A stretch of 64,000 nt of DNA from an uncultured Gammaproteobacteria bacterium. Its GTDB lineage: Bacteria > Patescibacteriota > Microgenomatia > UBA1406. The DNA lies in the NCBI GenBank assembly GCA_964414145.1, contig CAYPVH010000001.1, positions 82,816-146,815 of the forward strand, read 5' to 3'. The notes under the pieces were generated by a model that saw nothing but the letters and a program-made list of their open reading frames with translations, was not told the origin of the DNA and ran no database searches. The translations under genes and the position numbers were made by a program. Positions 53,545 to 63,323 of this stretch are shown in pieces. How positions within the stretch are numbered: position 1 is the stretch's first letter; each line of letters starts with the position of its first letter.

Positions 53545-54600
53545 ATGGCAAAACTAACTAACAAAACCACTCCCGCCTTTATGCTTTTAATTCTAGCTGT
53601 AGTTGTTTACTCTCTCTTTTCTTATGTCTTTAAAAACACAACAACGGTCAAGTTGCAAAATAACAAAAATAATCCGGTAATTAACAGCCCCACTCCTTTT
53701 CCTTTTCAAGAATTATCCATTCCATACCTTCGCTCTCGCGCCTTCAATAGTCAATTAACAAAACCCCAGAAAATTAGCCAAAACAATAGTTATACTAGCT
53801 ATTTAACCAGCTATAAATCAGACGGCTATAAAATCAACGCCCTTCTTACTAAACCAAACAAAAAGCAACCAGAAAACGGTTTTCCGGCTATTGTTTTTGT
53901 TCATGGTTATATTCCACCGGAAGAGTACAAAACAACGGAAAAGTACGAAGATTATGTTGATTACTTAGCCAGAAGCGGCTTTGTTATTTTAAAAATAGAT
54001 CTTCGTGGCCACGGCCAATCTGAAGGTGAACCAAGTGGTGCTTACTATTCGGGCGATTACGTTATAGATACCTTAAACGCCTACAGCGCCCTTGAAAATA
54101 GCGATTTTGTAAACAATAAGGCCATCGGTCTTTGGGGCCACAGCATGGCTGGCAATGTTATTTTACGCGCTGTTGCCGTCAACGCCAATATTCCAGCCGT
54201 TGTAATTTGGGCTGGAGCCGTTTATACTTACCAAGATTTTCAAGAATATGGCATTCAAGACAATTCCTATCAACCCCCCTCACCTAGTTCCAAAAGAAAA
54301 GAAAAAAGAGAAAAGCTCTTTAACCTGTATGGTGGCTTTTCCAAAAGTAGCCAGTTCTGGCAAAGCGTAGTTCCAACCAACTACATAGCAAACTACCAAG
54401 GCGCCATTTCCCTCAATCATGCTAAAAATGACCAAGTAGTCGATATTCGTTTTAGTACCAATCTAAAAAAAATCTTAGAAAACCAAAATATTGAGCATGA
54501 ACTTAATATTTATAATGATGGCGGTCATAATATTGATGAACCCGCCTTTTCAAACGCCATGCAAAACACTGTTTCGTTTTTTCAAAAACACCTGCTTTAA
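53545..54600 (+). CDS. alpha/beta hydrolase (S9/dienelactone-hydrolase-like), membrane-anchored
   Basis: Nucleophile elbow GLWGHSMAGN. D and H residues near the C-terminus (NDGGHN). Confidence 0.8.
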   Translation: MAKLTNKTTPAFMLLILAVVVYSLFSYVFKNTTTVKLQNNKNNPVINSPTPFPFQELSIPYLRSRAFNSQLTKPQKISQNNSYTSYLTSYKSDGYKINALLTKPNKKQPENGFPAIVFVHGYIPPEEYKTTEKYEDYVDYLARSGFVILKIDLRGHGQSEGEPSGAYYSGDYVIDTLNAYSALENSDFVNNKAIGLWGHSMAGNVILRAVAVNANIPAVVIWAGAVYTYQDFQEYGIQDNSYQPPSPSSKRKEKREKLFNLYGGFSKSSQFWQSVVPTNYIANYQGAISLNHAKNDQVVDIRFSTNLKKILENQNIEHELNIYNDGGHNIDEPAFSNAMQNTVSFFQKHLL

Positions 54601-54629
54601 ACTAACTTAGGGTTTATAATTTGAATACG

Positions 54630-55760
54630 ATGAAAAAGTTTTGTTTTTACATCAGCAGCATTCTTTTTCTACTGATTCTTGCCATTAAAGTTGACACCCC
54701 TTCCTTTGCACAGCAAAATACCGGCGAAACACTAGAAGCCGTTGTTATGGAGGTCGTTGAACAAAATACTGTTAGTAACCAATTTAGTCCTGAACTGCAA
54801 ACTTATCAGAAACTAAAACTAAATGTTACAGCGGGTTCGCTTAAGGGTAAAAACATTGTGGTAGAGAATGGAAATATAAATATTGCCAACAATCAAATAT
54901 ATGATAAGGGGGACAGGGTAATAGTAAATTACAGTAAAGCAGCTACCGGTCAACCTAATTTTTACATAACCGGTTATATTCGCCGAATGCCTCTTACGGT
55001 ACTTTTTTTAATATTCGTTTTGTTTGTTGTTTTAATCGGTAAAATAAGAGGTATTAGCTCACTTTTGGCAATGATTGCTTCTTTTGCTGTTATTTTTGTT
55101 TTCATTTTACCCCGAATCAACAATGGGCAAAACCCAGTTGTTACCGCCATTACCGGATCAGCACTTATTATTCCTCTTACCTTCTATCTGTCTCACGGTT
55201 TAAGCCGAAAAACAACAATCGCCATATTAGGTACTTTTATTGCCCTCATCATTACCAGCATTCTGGCAACGTTTTTTGTAGACGCTGCAAAACTCACTGG
55301 CTTTGCTTCTGAAGAAGCCGCCTTTCTCCAGTTTAGTAGTGGTCAACTGATTAATATGAAAGGCTTGCTTTTAGCTGGTATCATAATCGGTTCACTTGGG
55401 GTACTTGACGACATTACTATTTCCCAATCATCAATTGTATATGAGTTAAAAAACACCAACCCCAATCTTAGTCAAAAACAACTCTACCAAAAGGCAATGA
55501 ATATCGGGCAAGATCATATTTCTTCTATGGTAAATACACTGATTCTGGTCTACACCGGCGCCGCCCTGCCGCTTCTTTTGCTTTTTATTAACAACCCACA
55601 CCCATTTACCGAAATTATAAACTACGAAATTATTGCCGACGAAGTGGTTCGCACGCTTGTGGGCAGTATTGGCCTAATTTTAGCCGTCCCCATTACTACC
55701 GCCCTGGCTTCTGTCTATTCTGTCGCAGATGAAACACAAAAAGAGGCTGCAAATAATTAA
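54630..55760 (+). CDS. YibE/F family membrane protein
   Basis: Signal/anchor segment, an extracytoplasmic domain, then about 7 TM segments with GVLDDITISQSS. The start is either ATG 54630 or TTG 54621. Confidence 0.6.
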   Translation: MKKFCFYISSILFLLILAIKVDTPSFAQQNTGETLEAVVMEVVEQNTVSNQFSPELQTYQKLKLNVTAGSLKGKNIVVENGNINIANNQIYDKGDRVIVNYSKAATGQPNFYITGYIRRMPLTVLFLIFVLFVVLIGKIRGISSLLAMIASFAVIFVFILPRINNGQNPVVTAITGSALIIPLTFYLSHGLSRKTTIAILGTFIALIITSILATFFVDAAKLTGFASEEAAFLQFSSGQLINMKGLLLAGIIIGSLGVLDDITISQSSIVYELKNTNPNLSQKQLYQKAMNIGQDHISSMVNTLILVYTGAALPLLLLFINNPHPFTEIINYEIIADEVVRTLVGSIGLILAVPITTALASVYSVADETQKEAANN

Positions 55761-55810
55761 AAATTACCCATCACCAACCTTGTGTACTGCTTTCAAATAA
55801 GGTATAATAG

Positions 55811-56104
55811 GTTATCGTAAAAACTAAATTACCTCAAAAAACATCAAGAAAATGCCATAAATGCGGCAGCCCGCTTTTACTCGTTGATACCTTTGTTGAA
55901 AAAGTTCAAGGTCAATACGGCGACATCACAACTTCTATCTACAACTGCTCTAACCCGGAATGCAAAAAAGCAACCGACGCTAAAATAATCGAACTAAAAA
56001 ATAAGAAAGAAGAAAAAGAACAGTTGCAAAAAGACAGACAACAAAGAATTCAAGAAAGCCGAGTTCGAGCTAAAAAAAATAAAGAAAAAAACCAATCTCA
56101 ATAA
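55811..56104 (+). pseudogene. zinc-ribbon ORF (CHKC...CSNPEC plus a Lys-rich tail) with no canonical start codon
   Basis: A 97-codon open frame follows the TAG at 55808-55810. TATAAT lies at 55803-55808. There is no in-frame ATG, GTG or TTG before the zinc ribbon. Confidence 0.3.
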
Positions 56105-56185
56105 CCATTGCTCTCTGTATACCTACCGTCTCCCCGAAATACACTAAGCCTGTATTTAAAATATATGTATTTAGCAAGTTTTCAG

Positions 56186-56476
56186 TTAGGCTTTGTTTTT
56201 TATCCTTAAAAAGAAAGTCGAGATAAATAAGAAAATAAACAGTCCGTATGGCGATAAAAACAAGCTAAAAAGCAAACCAAATATACCAATACCAACCAGT
56301 TTCTGAAAATTTTCACCAGACATAAAGATTTTTAATATTAAAAAATAAAGAAATAAAACTATCAAAGACTCGAACCGAAAAGGGGAAAGGGGAATTTGCA
56401 TCAAATGTGTTGCTAACAAGAAACCACCAAAAATCAATGTTGCCGCATTAAATTTATTACTAAGTTCATTGTTCAT
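56186..56476 (-). CDS. small membrane protein
   Basis: 96 aa with 3 hydrophobic segments. Confidence 0.4.
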   Translation of the reverse strand: MNNELSNKFNAATLIFGGFLLATHLMQIPLSPFRFESLIVLFLYFLILKIFMSGENFQKLVGIGIFGLLFSLFLSPYGLFIFLFISTFFLRIKNKA

Positions 56477-56679
56477 ATTTACCTCCTAAACAACTCAAAT
56501 AAAAAAAACCAACCCTTGTCTAAAACATAATACTGGTCAATAAAAAAAGCCACAATAAAAGCCGTTAACAGTAATAAAAAAGGCTTTACCCATCGAATTA
56601 TCATTTACTTTATATTCTAATTGATTATAAATAATCTGCAAACTTTTCGATTTCTCAAAAAACATACTATAATTAAGTC

Positions 56680-57714
56680 ATGCGCCCAAGCTTTTTGAAA
56701 TTATTAATTATTATTTGTGCTGGTTTTGCTTTATTGGGGGCTAAATCTGTTATTGCTTCTGTCTCTATTGAAAGCTATTGCAGTAACGGCTGGTATCAAA
56801 ATCCCAGCGAACCACAATACGACTCCTGTAGTCGCGCCCCATATTGCGGCGGTGTGCAATACCAAGAACTGTGTACCGACGATCAGCTGCCAGACGCCCA
56901 GCGCTGTGTTGGTGACGACCAGGCTTGTCAGGGTTATGTACCGTATTGTTGTTACGAAATGGCCCGAACTGGTGATTACAGTAAATGCATTGGTTATTGG
57001 GAACGTCTTTGGTGCGCCCCCGTACAATGCGCCGAAGCTAAAGCTAATGGCGCCAAAAACAGTCAGTGCCCAGAAGAAGCCTGCAATTGCGCCCACGCCT
57101 TTAAATATTACTGTGGCGACCGTCCGGTGATTCCGGTTGAAACCCGCTTTGGTCTACCGTATCAACCACCCAGCCCTACATCGCCACCAGCTCAACCGTC
57201 AACCACCCCACCCTCAACCCCTCCTCAAATAACCAACTCTCCTTCTCAGCCAATACCGACTCCTGCAAATCAACCGGGAATTAATCACCCCTTTGAAGTT
57301 ACTTACCCAACCGCTTCTCCTCAAAAAAGCAGCGGCAGTTTTACTGACGCTTACTTTTATACCCAAAACCAAATTGCAAAGGGTAGTTATAATCAGTCTC
57401 CGCTTCCCCAAAAATCCAACAATCTGCTTCCAAGTTCTGACTTGGTAAATAACCCCAATTCCAATGTATTTGCCGACCTTTTAAAAGATGCTCAAAACAG
57501 TTCAAAACTGCCTCAAATTACATTAAAATTACCAAACATTCAAACTCTTAAGAACGAAATTTTCTTTAGTCTGTTACCCCAGTTGTTAAAAACTCAAAAA
57601 CTACTTGCACTGCCAAAAATAATGTTTAACTATGTTTATAACCTTGATAATCGACTCAATACCGTACTTTCCGGCTCTTTGCACTCTCTCATAAACAACA
57701 TGTCAAGTCCTTAA
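56680..57714 (+). CDS. secreted Cys-rich / Pro-rich protein
   Basis: Signal peptide, then 22 Cys within the first 145 aa, then a PPSPTSPPAQPSTTPPSTPP linker. Confidence 0.65.
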   Translation: MRPSFLKLLIIICAGFALLGAKSVIASVSIESYCSNGWYQNPSEPQYDSCSRAPYCGGVQYQELCTDDQLPDAQRCVGDDQACQGYVPYCCYEMARTGDYSKCIGYWERLWCAPVQCAEAKANGAKNSQCPEEACNCAHAFKYYCGDRPVIPVETRFGLPYQPPSPTSPPAQPSTTPPSTPPQITNSPSQPIPTPANQPGINHPFEVTYPTASPQKSSGSFTDAYFYTQNQIAKGSYNQSPLPQKSNNLLPSSDLVNNPNSNVFADLLKDAQNSSKLPQITLKLPNIQTLKNEIFFSLLPQLLKTQKLLALPKIMFNYVYNLDNRLNTVLSGSLHSLINNMSSP

Positions 57715-57841
57715 ATTTAACGTGTTAATATACAGCTCTACAAGAATCTATATTCAGTAGCTACATTTTCTTTCTGCCTTAGCCATATTGTTATAATTTC
57801 AGCTCTCTTGTTGTAAGTAAATTATTAGTTGGGGGTAAAAA

Positions 57842-58900
57842 ATGAGTAAGAATAAAAGATTAAATATACTATTTGGAATATCATTATCAATATTTCTAAC
57901 AATAAACTTTTTTATAAGTAACAAAAATAACTCTTCTACTGAGTTAACAAAACCCAACTACTCACCCGTTCTGTCACCTCTTAGTAATGACTATCAAAAA
58001 CAAACCAAAACCAACAATAGTCAAAAAAAACCAAACTTCATTGTTTATGATAACGAAACTCTCGAAACAACCGCAAAACGGCTTTACCAATCCGGTTTTA
58101 TAACAAATAAAGCATCGTTCCTTAACTCTTGTCATCATGATTATAACCTCAACTTTATAAGGCCAGGTGGTTACCAAATAAGTAAAAAAGAAGGGGATAA
58201 CCAAATTATTCAAATATTGAATAGTTCGCCCAAGTATTACTGGGTCAAAATTTTGCCGGGAATGCGCAAAGAGCAAATTGGCGAACTTCTGGCGGCAACT
58301 TTTAATTGGTCAAATAACGAGCTATACAAATGGAACACCGAATATACAACAAAAAAACAAGAGTACCTAGAGGGAGTATATTTTCCCGACGACTATTTAA
58401 TCGCCCGTGATGCTAGTGGTGAGCAGATTGCTCAACTGATGATTAACCGTTTTTATGAAAAGATCGCTCCTCTTGCCCCTGAGTTTAAAGAAAAAAACAT
58501 TCCCTGGACAAAAGTAGTCAACATGGCCTCTTTAATACAACGTGAAGCTGGTGGACATCATGATATGCCTATTATTGCCGGCGTTATGTGGAATCGGTTA
58601 AATATTGGAATGCGTTTACAAATAGACGCTACCACTCAGTACGGTAAAGGCTACAGTCCATATCAAGGTTGGTGGCAAACCGTTTATGTTAGTGACTATT
58701 CCCTAAACTCACCCTTTAATACTTATGTAATCGATGGTTTACCACCGCACCCAATTTCAAACCCTAGTCTAGAAGCAATTATTGCTGTTTTACGCCCTCA
58801 AAAAACAGAATATTTTTATTATCTTCACGACTATCAAGCTCAAATTCACGGCGCCAAAACCTATGAAGAACACTTACAAAATATTCAAGCTCATTTGTAA
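57842..58900 (+). CDS. mltG: endolytic murein transglycosylase MltG (YceG-like)
   Basis: SLIQREAG, IDATTQYG and FNTYVIDGLPPHPISNPS motifs with an N-terminal TM segment. Confidence 0.9.
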   Translation: MSKNKRLNILFGISLSIFLTINFFISNKNNSSTELTKPNYSPVLSPLSNDYQKQTKTNNSQKKPNFIVYDNETLETTAKRLYQSGFITNKASFLNSCHHDYNLNFIRPGGYQISKKEGDNQIIQILNSSPKYYWVKILPGMRKEQIGELLAATFNWSNNELYKWNTEYTTKKQEYLEGVYFPDDYLIARDASGEQIAQLMINRFYEKIAPLAPEFKEKNIPWTKVVNMASLIQREAGGHHDMPIIAGVMWNRLNIGMRLQIDATTQYGKGYSPYQGWWQTVYVSDYSLNSPFNTYVIDGLPPHPISNPSLEAIIAVLRPQKTEYFYYLHDYQAQIHGAKTYEEHLQNIQAHL

Positions 58901-58928
58901 AGTTATTGTTTTTTAGTACAATAACTCT

Positions 58929-59306
58929 GTGTTAAAACAATTTGTTCTAACTCTAGTTGTTTTTCTTTCAATAGATTTTATTTGGTTGGGGTTTGTTGCT
59001 AAAAAAACATATGATCAACTACTTCTTCCTTTTGAACGAACCCTAAACTGGTTACCAGCCATACTTACCTACCTTTTGCTGGCATTGGGAATCTTCATGT
59101 TTGTATTACCCCGTGCAACCAATAGTGCCAAGGCTCTTTTATTCGGAGCATTATTTGGTCTTATTACTTATGGTGTTTACGACCTAACCAATCTAGCCAC
59201 TTTAAAAAATTGGTCCACAAAGCTGGTTATTATAGACATGATCTGGGGGTCTTTTTTGTGTGCCACAACCGCCTTTATTGTCGTTTATTTAACTAAAAAA
59301 TGGTAA
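58929..59306 (+). CDS. DUF2177-like membrane protein
   Basis: 125 aa with 4 TM segments and an N-terminal ..LSIDFIWLGF.. signature. GTG start. Confidence 0.55.
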   Translation: MLKQFVLTLVVFLSIDFIWLGFVAKKTYDQLLLPFERTLNWLPAILTYLLLALGIFMFVLPRATNSAKALLFGALFGLITYGVYDLTNLATLKNWSTKLVIIDMIWGSFLCATTAFIVVYLTKKW

Positions 59307-59761
59307 AAAAAACTATTGAGTTAATTATTTCAATACTAATCTGTCAGGGGGTTGGGCTCTTGGGTGCTCTTTTTACAGCTCCCGCCATTTCCTCCTGGTA
59401 TAGTACAATTTCAAAGCCTTGGTTTACCCCTCCAAATTGGCTTTTTGCCCCAGCCTGGACACTTCTTTACCTACTTATGGCAATAGCACTTTTTATTATT
59501 TGGCAAAAAAAAGAAAAAAGGCGGGCACTAACTATTTTTTTTATCCAGCTTTTTCTTAACTTTTTATGGTCAATGTTATTTTTTGGTCTTAAAAATCCTC
59601 TACTTGCCTTTTTAGATATCTTACTGCTTGTTCTCACTATTTCCTTAACCGTCAAAATATTTTATTCAAAATCAAAAATAGCAGCGTTCCTTTTGTTGCC
59701 CTACTTGCTCTGGACAATCTATGCCAGCTTACTAAATCTAGGAATTATTATTCTTAACTGA
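59300..59761 (+). CDS. tspO: TspO/MBR family tryptophan-rich sensory protein
   Basis: WYSTISKPWFTPPNWLFAPAWTLLYLLM and 5 TM segments. Confidence 0.9.
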   Translation: MVKKTIELIISILICQGVGLLGALFTAPAISSWYSTISKPWFTPPNWLFAPAWTLLYLLMAIALFIIWQKKEKRRALTIFFIQLFLNFLWSMLFFGLKNPLLAFLDILLLVLTISLTVKIFYSKSKIAAFLLLPYLLWTIYASLLNLGIIILN

Positions 59762-59827
59762 TTACCCCTACAATAGGTGCACTCTGCCACTTAAATTAGC
59801 TACTTCTTACACCCAGCCTACCTACCC

Positions 59828-59857
59828 TTGACATCCCATTTACAAAAGTGGTATGTT
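59828..59857 (+). promoter_or_regulatory. sigma70-like promoter TTGACA-N18-TATGTT
   Basis: Exact -35 hexamer at 59828-59833 and TATGTT at 59852-59857. Confidence 0.4.
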
Positions 59858-59895
59858 ATCATCTCTGGTTTTACTTTATAAATTTATTAATTTTC

Positions 59896-60039
59896 ATGAA
59901 AATAAAAAACACCGACTACACAATAGAAATTGACAAGCAAAGCATTAAACTAATTAATTGGATTCCGTTTTGGTTCGGTCTAGTCGCCGGTTTGGTTGTG
60001 GTTGTTTTAACTAAGCTAGGTATATTCGGCGGCACATAA
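59896..60039 (+). CDS. possible 47-aa membrane peptide
   Basis: ATG lies downstream of the 59828 promoter. C-terminal TM segment WIPFWFGLVAGLVVVVL. Confidence 0.3.
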   Translation: MKIKNTDYTIEIDKQSIKLINWIPFWFGLVAGLVVVVLTKLGIFGGT

Positions 60040-60155
60040 CTTAACTACTCTCGCAACAACTTTTCAAAAATAAGACCTTTTGAAAAGTCATACCTCATTA
60101 TTTTTCAATACCCCCAAGCCGTAAACAAGACAAATCTAAAAAGTAAATAAGAAAA

Positions 60156-60183
60156 TTGTAAAAAAATATAGCTATGCTATAAT
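60156..60183 (+). promoter_or_regulatory. promoter TTGTAA-N16-TATAAT with extended -10 (TGCTATAAT)
   Basis: Lies upstream of the RRM gene and would give a 5' UTR of about 85 nt. Confidence 0.45.
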
Positions 60184-60275
60184 GTTTTTTGACTTGATAA
60201 AATTTCTTTATAAACATTCAAACAAAGATCTATAAAATTTAATTTATTTCCACACTAGAAAGGCGATGACTCATA

Positions 60276-60542
60276 ATGGATCAAAAAAATAAGCTTTATG
60301 TCGGCAACTTACCTTACAATATAACCCAAGAACAATTAAAAGAAATTTTCGAAAAGTTTGGAGAAGTTATCGAAGCCATAATTATTACCGATAAATTTTC
60401 CGGACGTTCAAAAGGATTTGGTTTTGTTACTTTCGCCGACGAAAAAGCAGCTGAAGAAGCACTTAAAATGAACGAAGAAGAAGTAATGGGTAGAAAAATT
60501 GTTGTTAATATTGCCAGACCAAAAAAAGAAACCGTCAGATAA
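60276..60542 (+). CDS. RNA-binding protein (RRM domain)
   Basis: RNP2 LYVGNL and RNP1 KGFGFVTF. Confidence 0.95.
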   Translation: MDQKNKLYVGNLPYNITQEQLKEIFEKFGEVIEAIIITDKFSGRSKGFGFVTFADEKAAEEALKMNEEEVMGRKIVVNIARPKKETVR

Positions 60543-60597
60543 GTTGCAACACCATAAAGTAGAATTAACGTACTAAATAAAAAATAGTTATATTTTT

Positions 60598-60636
60598 AAG
60601 GAGTATAAGTACTGGGTATTTATACTCCTTTTTTTT
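60598..60636 (+). terminator. rho-independent terminator
   Basis: AAGGAGTATA/TATACTCCTT 10-bp stem followed by T8. Confidence 0.8.
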
Positions 60637-60767
60637 CGGTTCTTACCTGCATCTTACAAAACTACTACACAACACCACTAACTTTAATTCTATAATTCAA
60701 ACTTATACAGTTCATAAACTAGTTAAAAAGTACATACTAACTTTGATATTATTATTTTTGTTATTTA

Positions 60768-61133
60768 ATGAATAAACTTATGCCAAAAAAAATCTTAATA
60801 ATCGATGATGATCCTGCTATTTTAGAAAGTTTGGCAGACGTTCTTGAAGATGAGGGTTATACCGTTATTTGCTTGCCAAGTGCCGAAAACATAGATAAAG
60901 CATTAGCCTCCTACAATATCGATCTTTTAATTGTCGATATGTGGTTACCGGGTAAAAAAGGAAATCAAGTAGCAAAACACGTCAAGCAAAACGGAAATAG
61001 TAAAATTCCAATCGTTTTAATCTCGGCTCAAGATAATGTGGTACCAGACGAAGATGAGCAATACATTAGTGCTTTTATCAGGAAACCTTTCGATATTGAT
61101 TACTTAATTGAACAAGTAAACAATCTCGTTTAG
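60768..61133 (+). CDS. stand-alone response regulator receiver (CheY-like)
   Basis: ILIIDDDP, LLIVDMWLPG and a conserved K (FIRKPF). Confidence 0.9.
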   Translation: MNKLMPKKILIIDDDPAILESLADVLEDEGYTVICLPSAENIDKALASYNIDLLIVDMWLPGKKGNQVAKHVKQNGNSKIPIVLISAQDNVVPDEDEQYISAFIRKPFDIDYLIEQVNNLV

Positions 61134-61801
61134 TCTTTTACTAAATAGCCAAACCCCTTAACAGAATGGATCAGTTTTTTATTATAGTCCTTATCTATTT
61201 TTTTTCTCAAATAACCAATATAAACGTCTACTACTCTTGTTTCCACGTCTAGCGAATAATACCAAACCTTATTTAAAATTATTTCTCTTGTCAAAACCCT
61301 ACCCTTATTAATCATTAAAAACTCAAGTAGTTGAAACTCTTTTTTAGTTAAGGAAATTTCTTTGTCGCCCCGCTTAACCTGAAGCGCTTCCCTGTCTAAT
61401 TCAAGGTCTGCCACCAATAATTTGCTGTTGTGATTATTGGATTCTCTTAATCTTGCCTTAACTCTAGCAATTAATTCTTCCCCAGAAAATGGCTTGGTCA
61501 TATAGTCATCAGCCCCTAACTTAAAACCACTAACAATCTCTGCTACTTTTGTTTTTGCCGTAAGCACAATAATGGGCATGTCGGGAAAGATATCTTTAAT
61601 TTGCTTTAAGACTGTTTCACCCTTAACGTCTGGCAAACCAAGATCTAAAACTACAAGGTCGGGTGGGGTTTTTTCAACCAGTTTTAAAGCCCGCACTCCG
61701 CTAGTACTACTTAAAACACTAAAACCGGCTTCCACAAACAATTCTCTTAAATATTCGTTCAAGTCAACTGTGTCTTCAACTATAAGAACAGTTTTAATCA
61801 T
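61130..61801 (-). CDS. OmpR-family response regulator
   Basis: Receiver domain (LIVEDT...VVLDLGLPD...YMTKPF) plus a winged-helix output domain (LTKKEFQLLEFLM...GFGY). Confidence 0.95.
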   Translation of the reverse strand: MIKTVLIVEDTVDLNEYLRELFVEAGFSVLSSTSGVRALKLVEKTPPDLVVLDLGLPDVKGETVLKQIKDIFPDMPIIVLTAKTKVAEIVSGFKLGADDYMTKPFSGEELIARVKARLRESNNHNSKLLVADLELDREALQVKRGDKEISLTKKEFQLLEFLMINKGRVLTREIILNKVWYYSLDVETRVVDVYIGYLRKKIDKDYNKKLIHSVKGFGYLVKD

Positions 61802-61849
61802 TGTTAACGAATTATACCATAAGTCAATTCCAATGTAAGAAATGTTAAA

Positions 61850-62917
61850 ATGTTTAACATGACTTACAAGAATAACGGTTTAAACCTAAAGAGCTTTAAG
61901 TCTGTTATGGACTCACTTGGCGACACAGTTGTTATCACCAGCAAAAAAGGTGTTATTGAGTATGTCAACCCCGCCTTCGAAAAGATTACCGGCTACTCAA
62001 AAAAAGAGGTTTTAGGAAAAACCCCAGCAATTCTAAATTCAGGAAAACACAATAATAATTTCTATCAAAACCTCTGGAAAACTATTCTCAGTGGCAAAAC
62101 GTTCAAGGGCACCTTTACCAATAAAAAAAAAGACGGTTCACTTTACTATACCGAAGAAACCATAACCCCGGTTAAAGACACAGAAGGAAATATCCAACGT
62201 TTTGTTTCCGTTGGTAAAGACGCCACAATAAGAAAGGCCATTGAAAAACGTAAAGACAACCTAATCAGTTTTGCCAGCCATGAACTAAAAACACCTCTTA
62301 CTAGTCTTAAAATTTACATTGATTTACTTAAAAAAAAATTTGACCGACTAGATAAGGTAAAAGCTGTTCGATATTTAAGCAAAATCGACACAAAAGCTAA
62401 CGAACTTAATAACTTAATAAATGACTACCTTGATCTAAATCGTCTTAAAGCAGGGCAGTTACAGTTGAATATCGAAAAAGTTAATGCCGATTTGCTGGTT
62501 GACCAACTTGTAGAAGACTTGGGACAAATGTACCCCAAAAGCTTTATTGTTGTTGAGGGTAGTTTTGGTAAAGAAATACCTCTCGACAAATTCCGATTCC
62601 AACAAGTTGTAAACAATTTAGTTATTAACGCCATTAAATATTCACCCAAAAACAGTCAGATTGTTGTAAAGAAAGATTTAAAAAATAACCAGGCACATTT
62701 CTCGGTTAAAGACAATGGCATTGGTATTACTAAAAAAGACCAAAGCAAACTATTCAGATCTTTTTTCCGTAGTCAATTTGTTCAGAAAGAGAACATTCCG
62801 GGTAGCGGCCTGGGCTTATCTTTAACACAAGAAATTATCAAGCTTCATAAGGGTAAAATCATATTGAAAAGCGCCCCTAAAGAAGGAACCGTTGTTACTG
62901 TAAGTCTGCCTCTTTAA
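61850..62917 (+). CDS. PAS-domain sensor histidine kinase (cytoplasmic)
   Basis: PAS segment (IEYVNPAFEKITGYSKKEVLGK), H-box SHELKTPLTSL, N box NNLVINAIKYSP, G boxes DNGIGI and GSGLGLSL. Confidence 0.9.
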   Translation: MFNMTYKNNGLNLKSFKSVMDSLGDTVVITSKKGVIEYVNPAFEKITGYSKKEVLGKTPAILNSGKHNNNFYQNLWKTILSGKTFKGTFTNKKKDGSLYYTEETITPVKDTEGNIQRFVSVGKDATIRKAIEKRKDNLISFASHELKTPLTSLKIYIDLLKKKFDRLDKVKAVRYLSKIDTKANELNNLINDYLDLNRLKAGQLQLNIEKVNADLLVDQLVEDLGQMYPKSFIVVEGSFGKEIPLDKFRFQQVVNNLVINAIKYSPKNSQIVVKKDLKNNQAHFSVKDNGIGITKKDQSKLFRSFFRSQFVQKENIPGSGLGLSLTQEIIKLHKGKIILKSAPKEGTVVTVSLPL

Positions 62918-62971
62918 TTTTTTATTATTTTTATTTGGCTCTTAATTAGCCAAAGTGGATTCAATATCAGC

Positions 62972-63000
62972 TTGACAAAGAATAATGCCGGGTGTATTAT
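62972..63000 (+). promoter_or_regulatory. sigma70-like promoter TTGACA-N17-TATTAT
   Basis: Exact -35 hexamer with optimal spacing, upstream of the DUF5320 gene. Confidence 0.55.
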
Positions 63001-63042
63001 GAATATATATTCGTTAGTAATTGAAAGGAGGTGATGGGAAAA

Positions 63043-63285
63043 ATGCCAGGATTAGATCAGACAGGACCAATGGGAATGGGTAAAAGAACCGGTCGCGGGC
63101 TCGGGTCTTGCGGCCCCGGTCTTAATTGGAGACGTAGTAACGTTAATCGGGGTCTTGGTCAATATTTTAGCAGCTTCTGGCCACAAAACCAGGAAGACCA
63201 GAAGAAAACCTTAACCGATTATCAAAAAGCGCTTGAAGAAGAACTTGAAGACATAAAAAAAGAAGTCTCCAAACTTTCTAAATAA
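63043..63285 (+). CDS. DUF5320 family protein
   Basis: MPGLDQTGPMGMGKRTGRGLGSC N-terminus with a coiled-coil C-terminus. SD AAAGGAGG lies upstream. Confidence 0.8.
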   Translation: MPGLDQTGPMGMGKRTGRGLGSCGPGLNWRRSNVNRGLGQYFSSFWPQNQEDQKKTLTDYQKALEEELEDIKKEVSKLSK

Positions 63286-63323
63286 AAGCCGATTTAATAG
63301 CGGTTTTTTATATAATAGGTAAA

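Noticed and set aside
56717-57130. 137-aa plus-strand and 121-aa minus-strand ORFs inside the Cys-rich gene
   Set aside because: These are alternative frames of the GC-richer 5' part of 56680-57714. The signal peptide and Cys pattern support the annotated frame.
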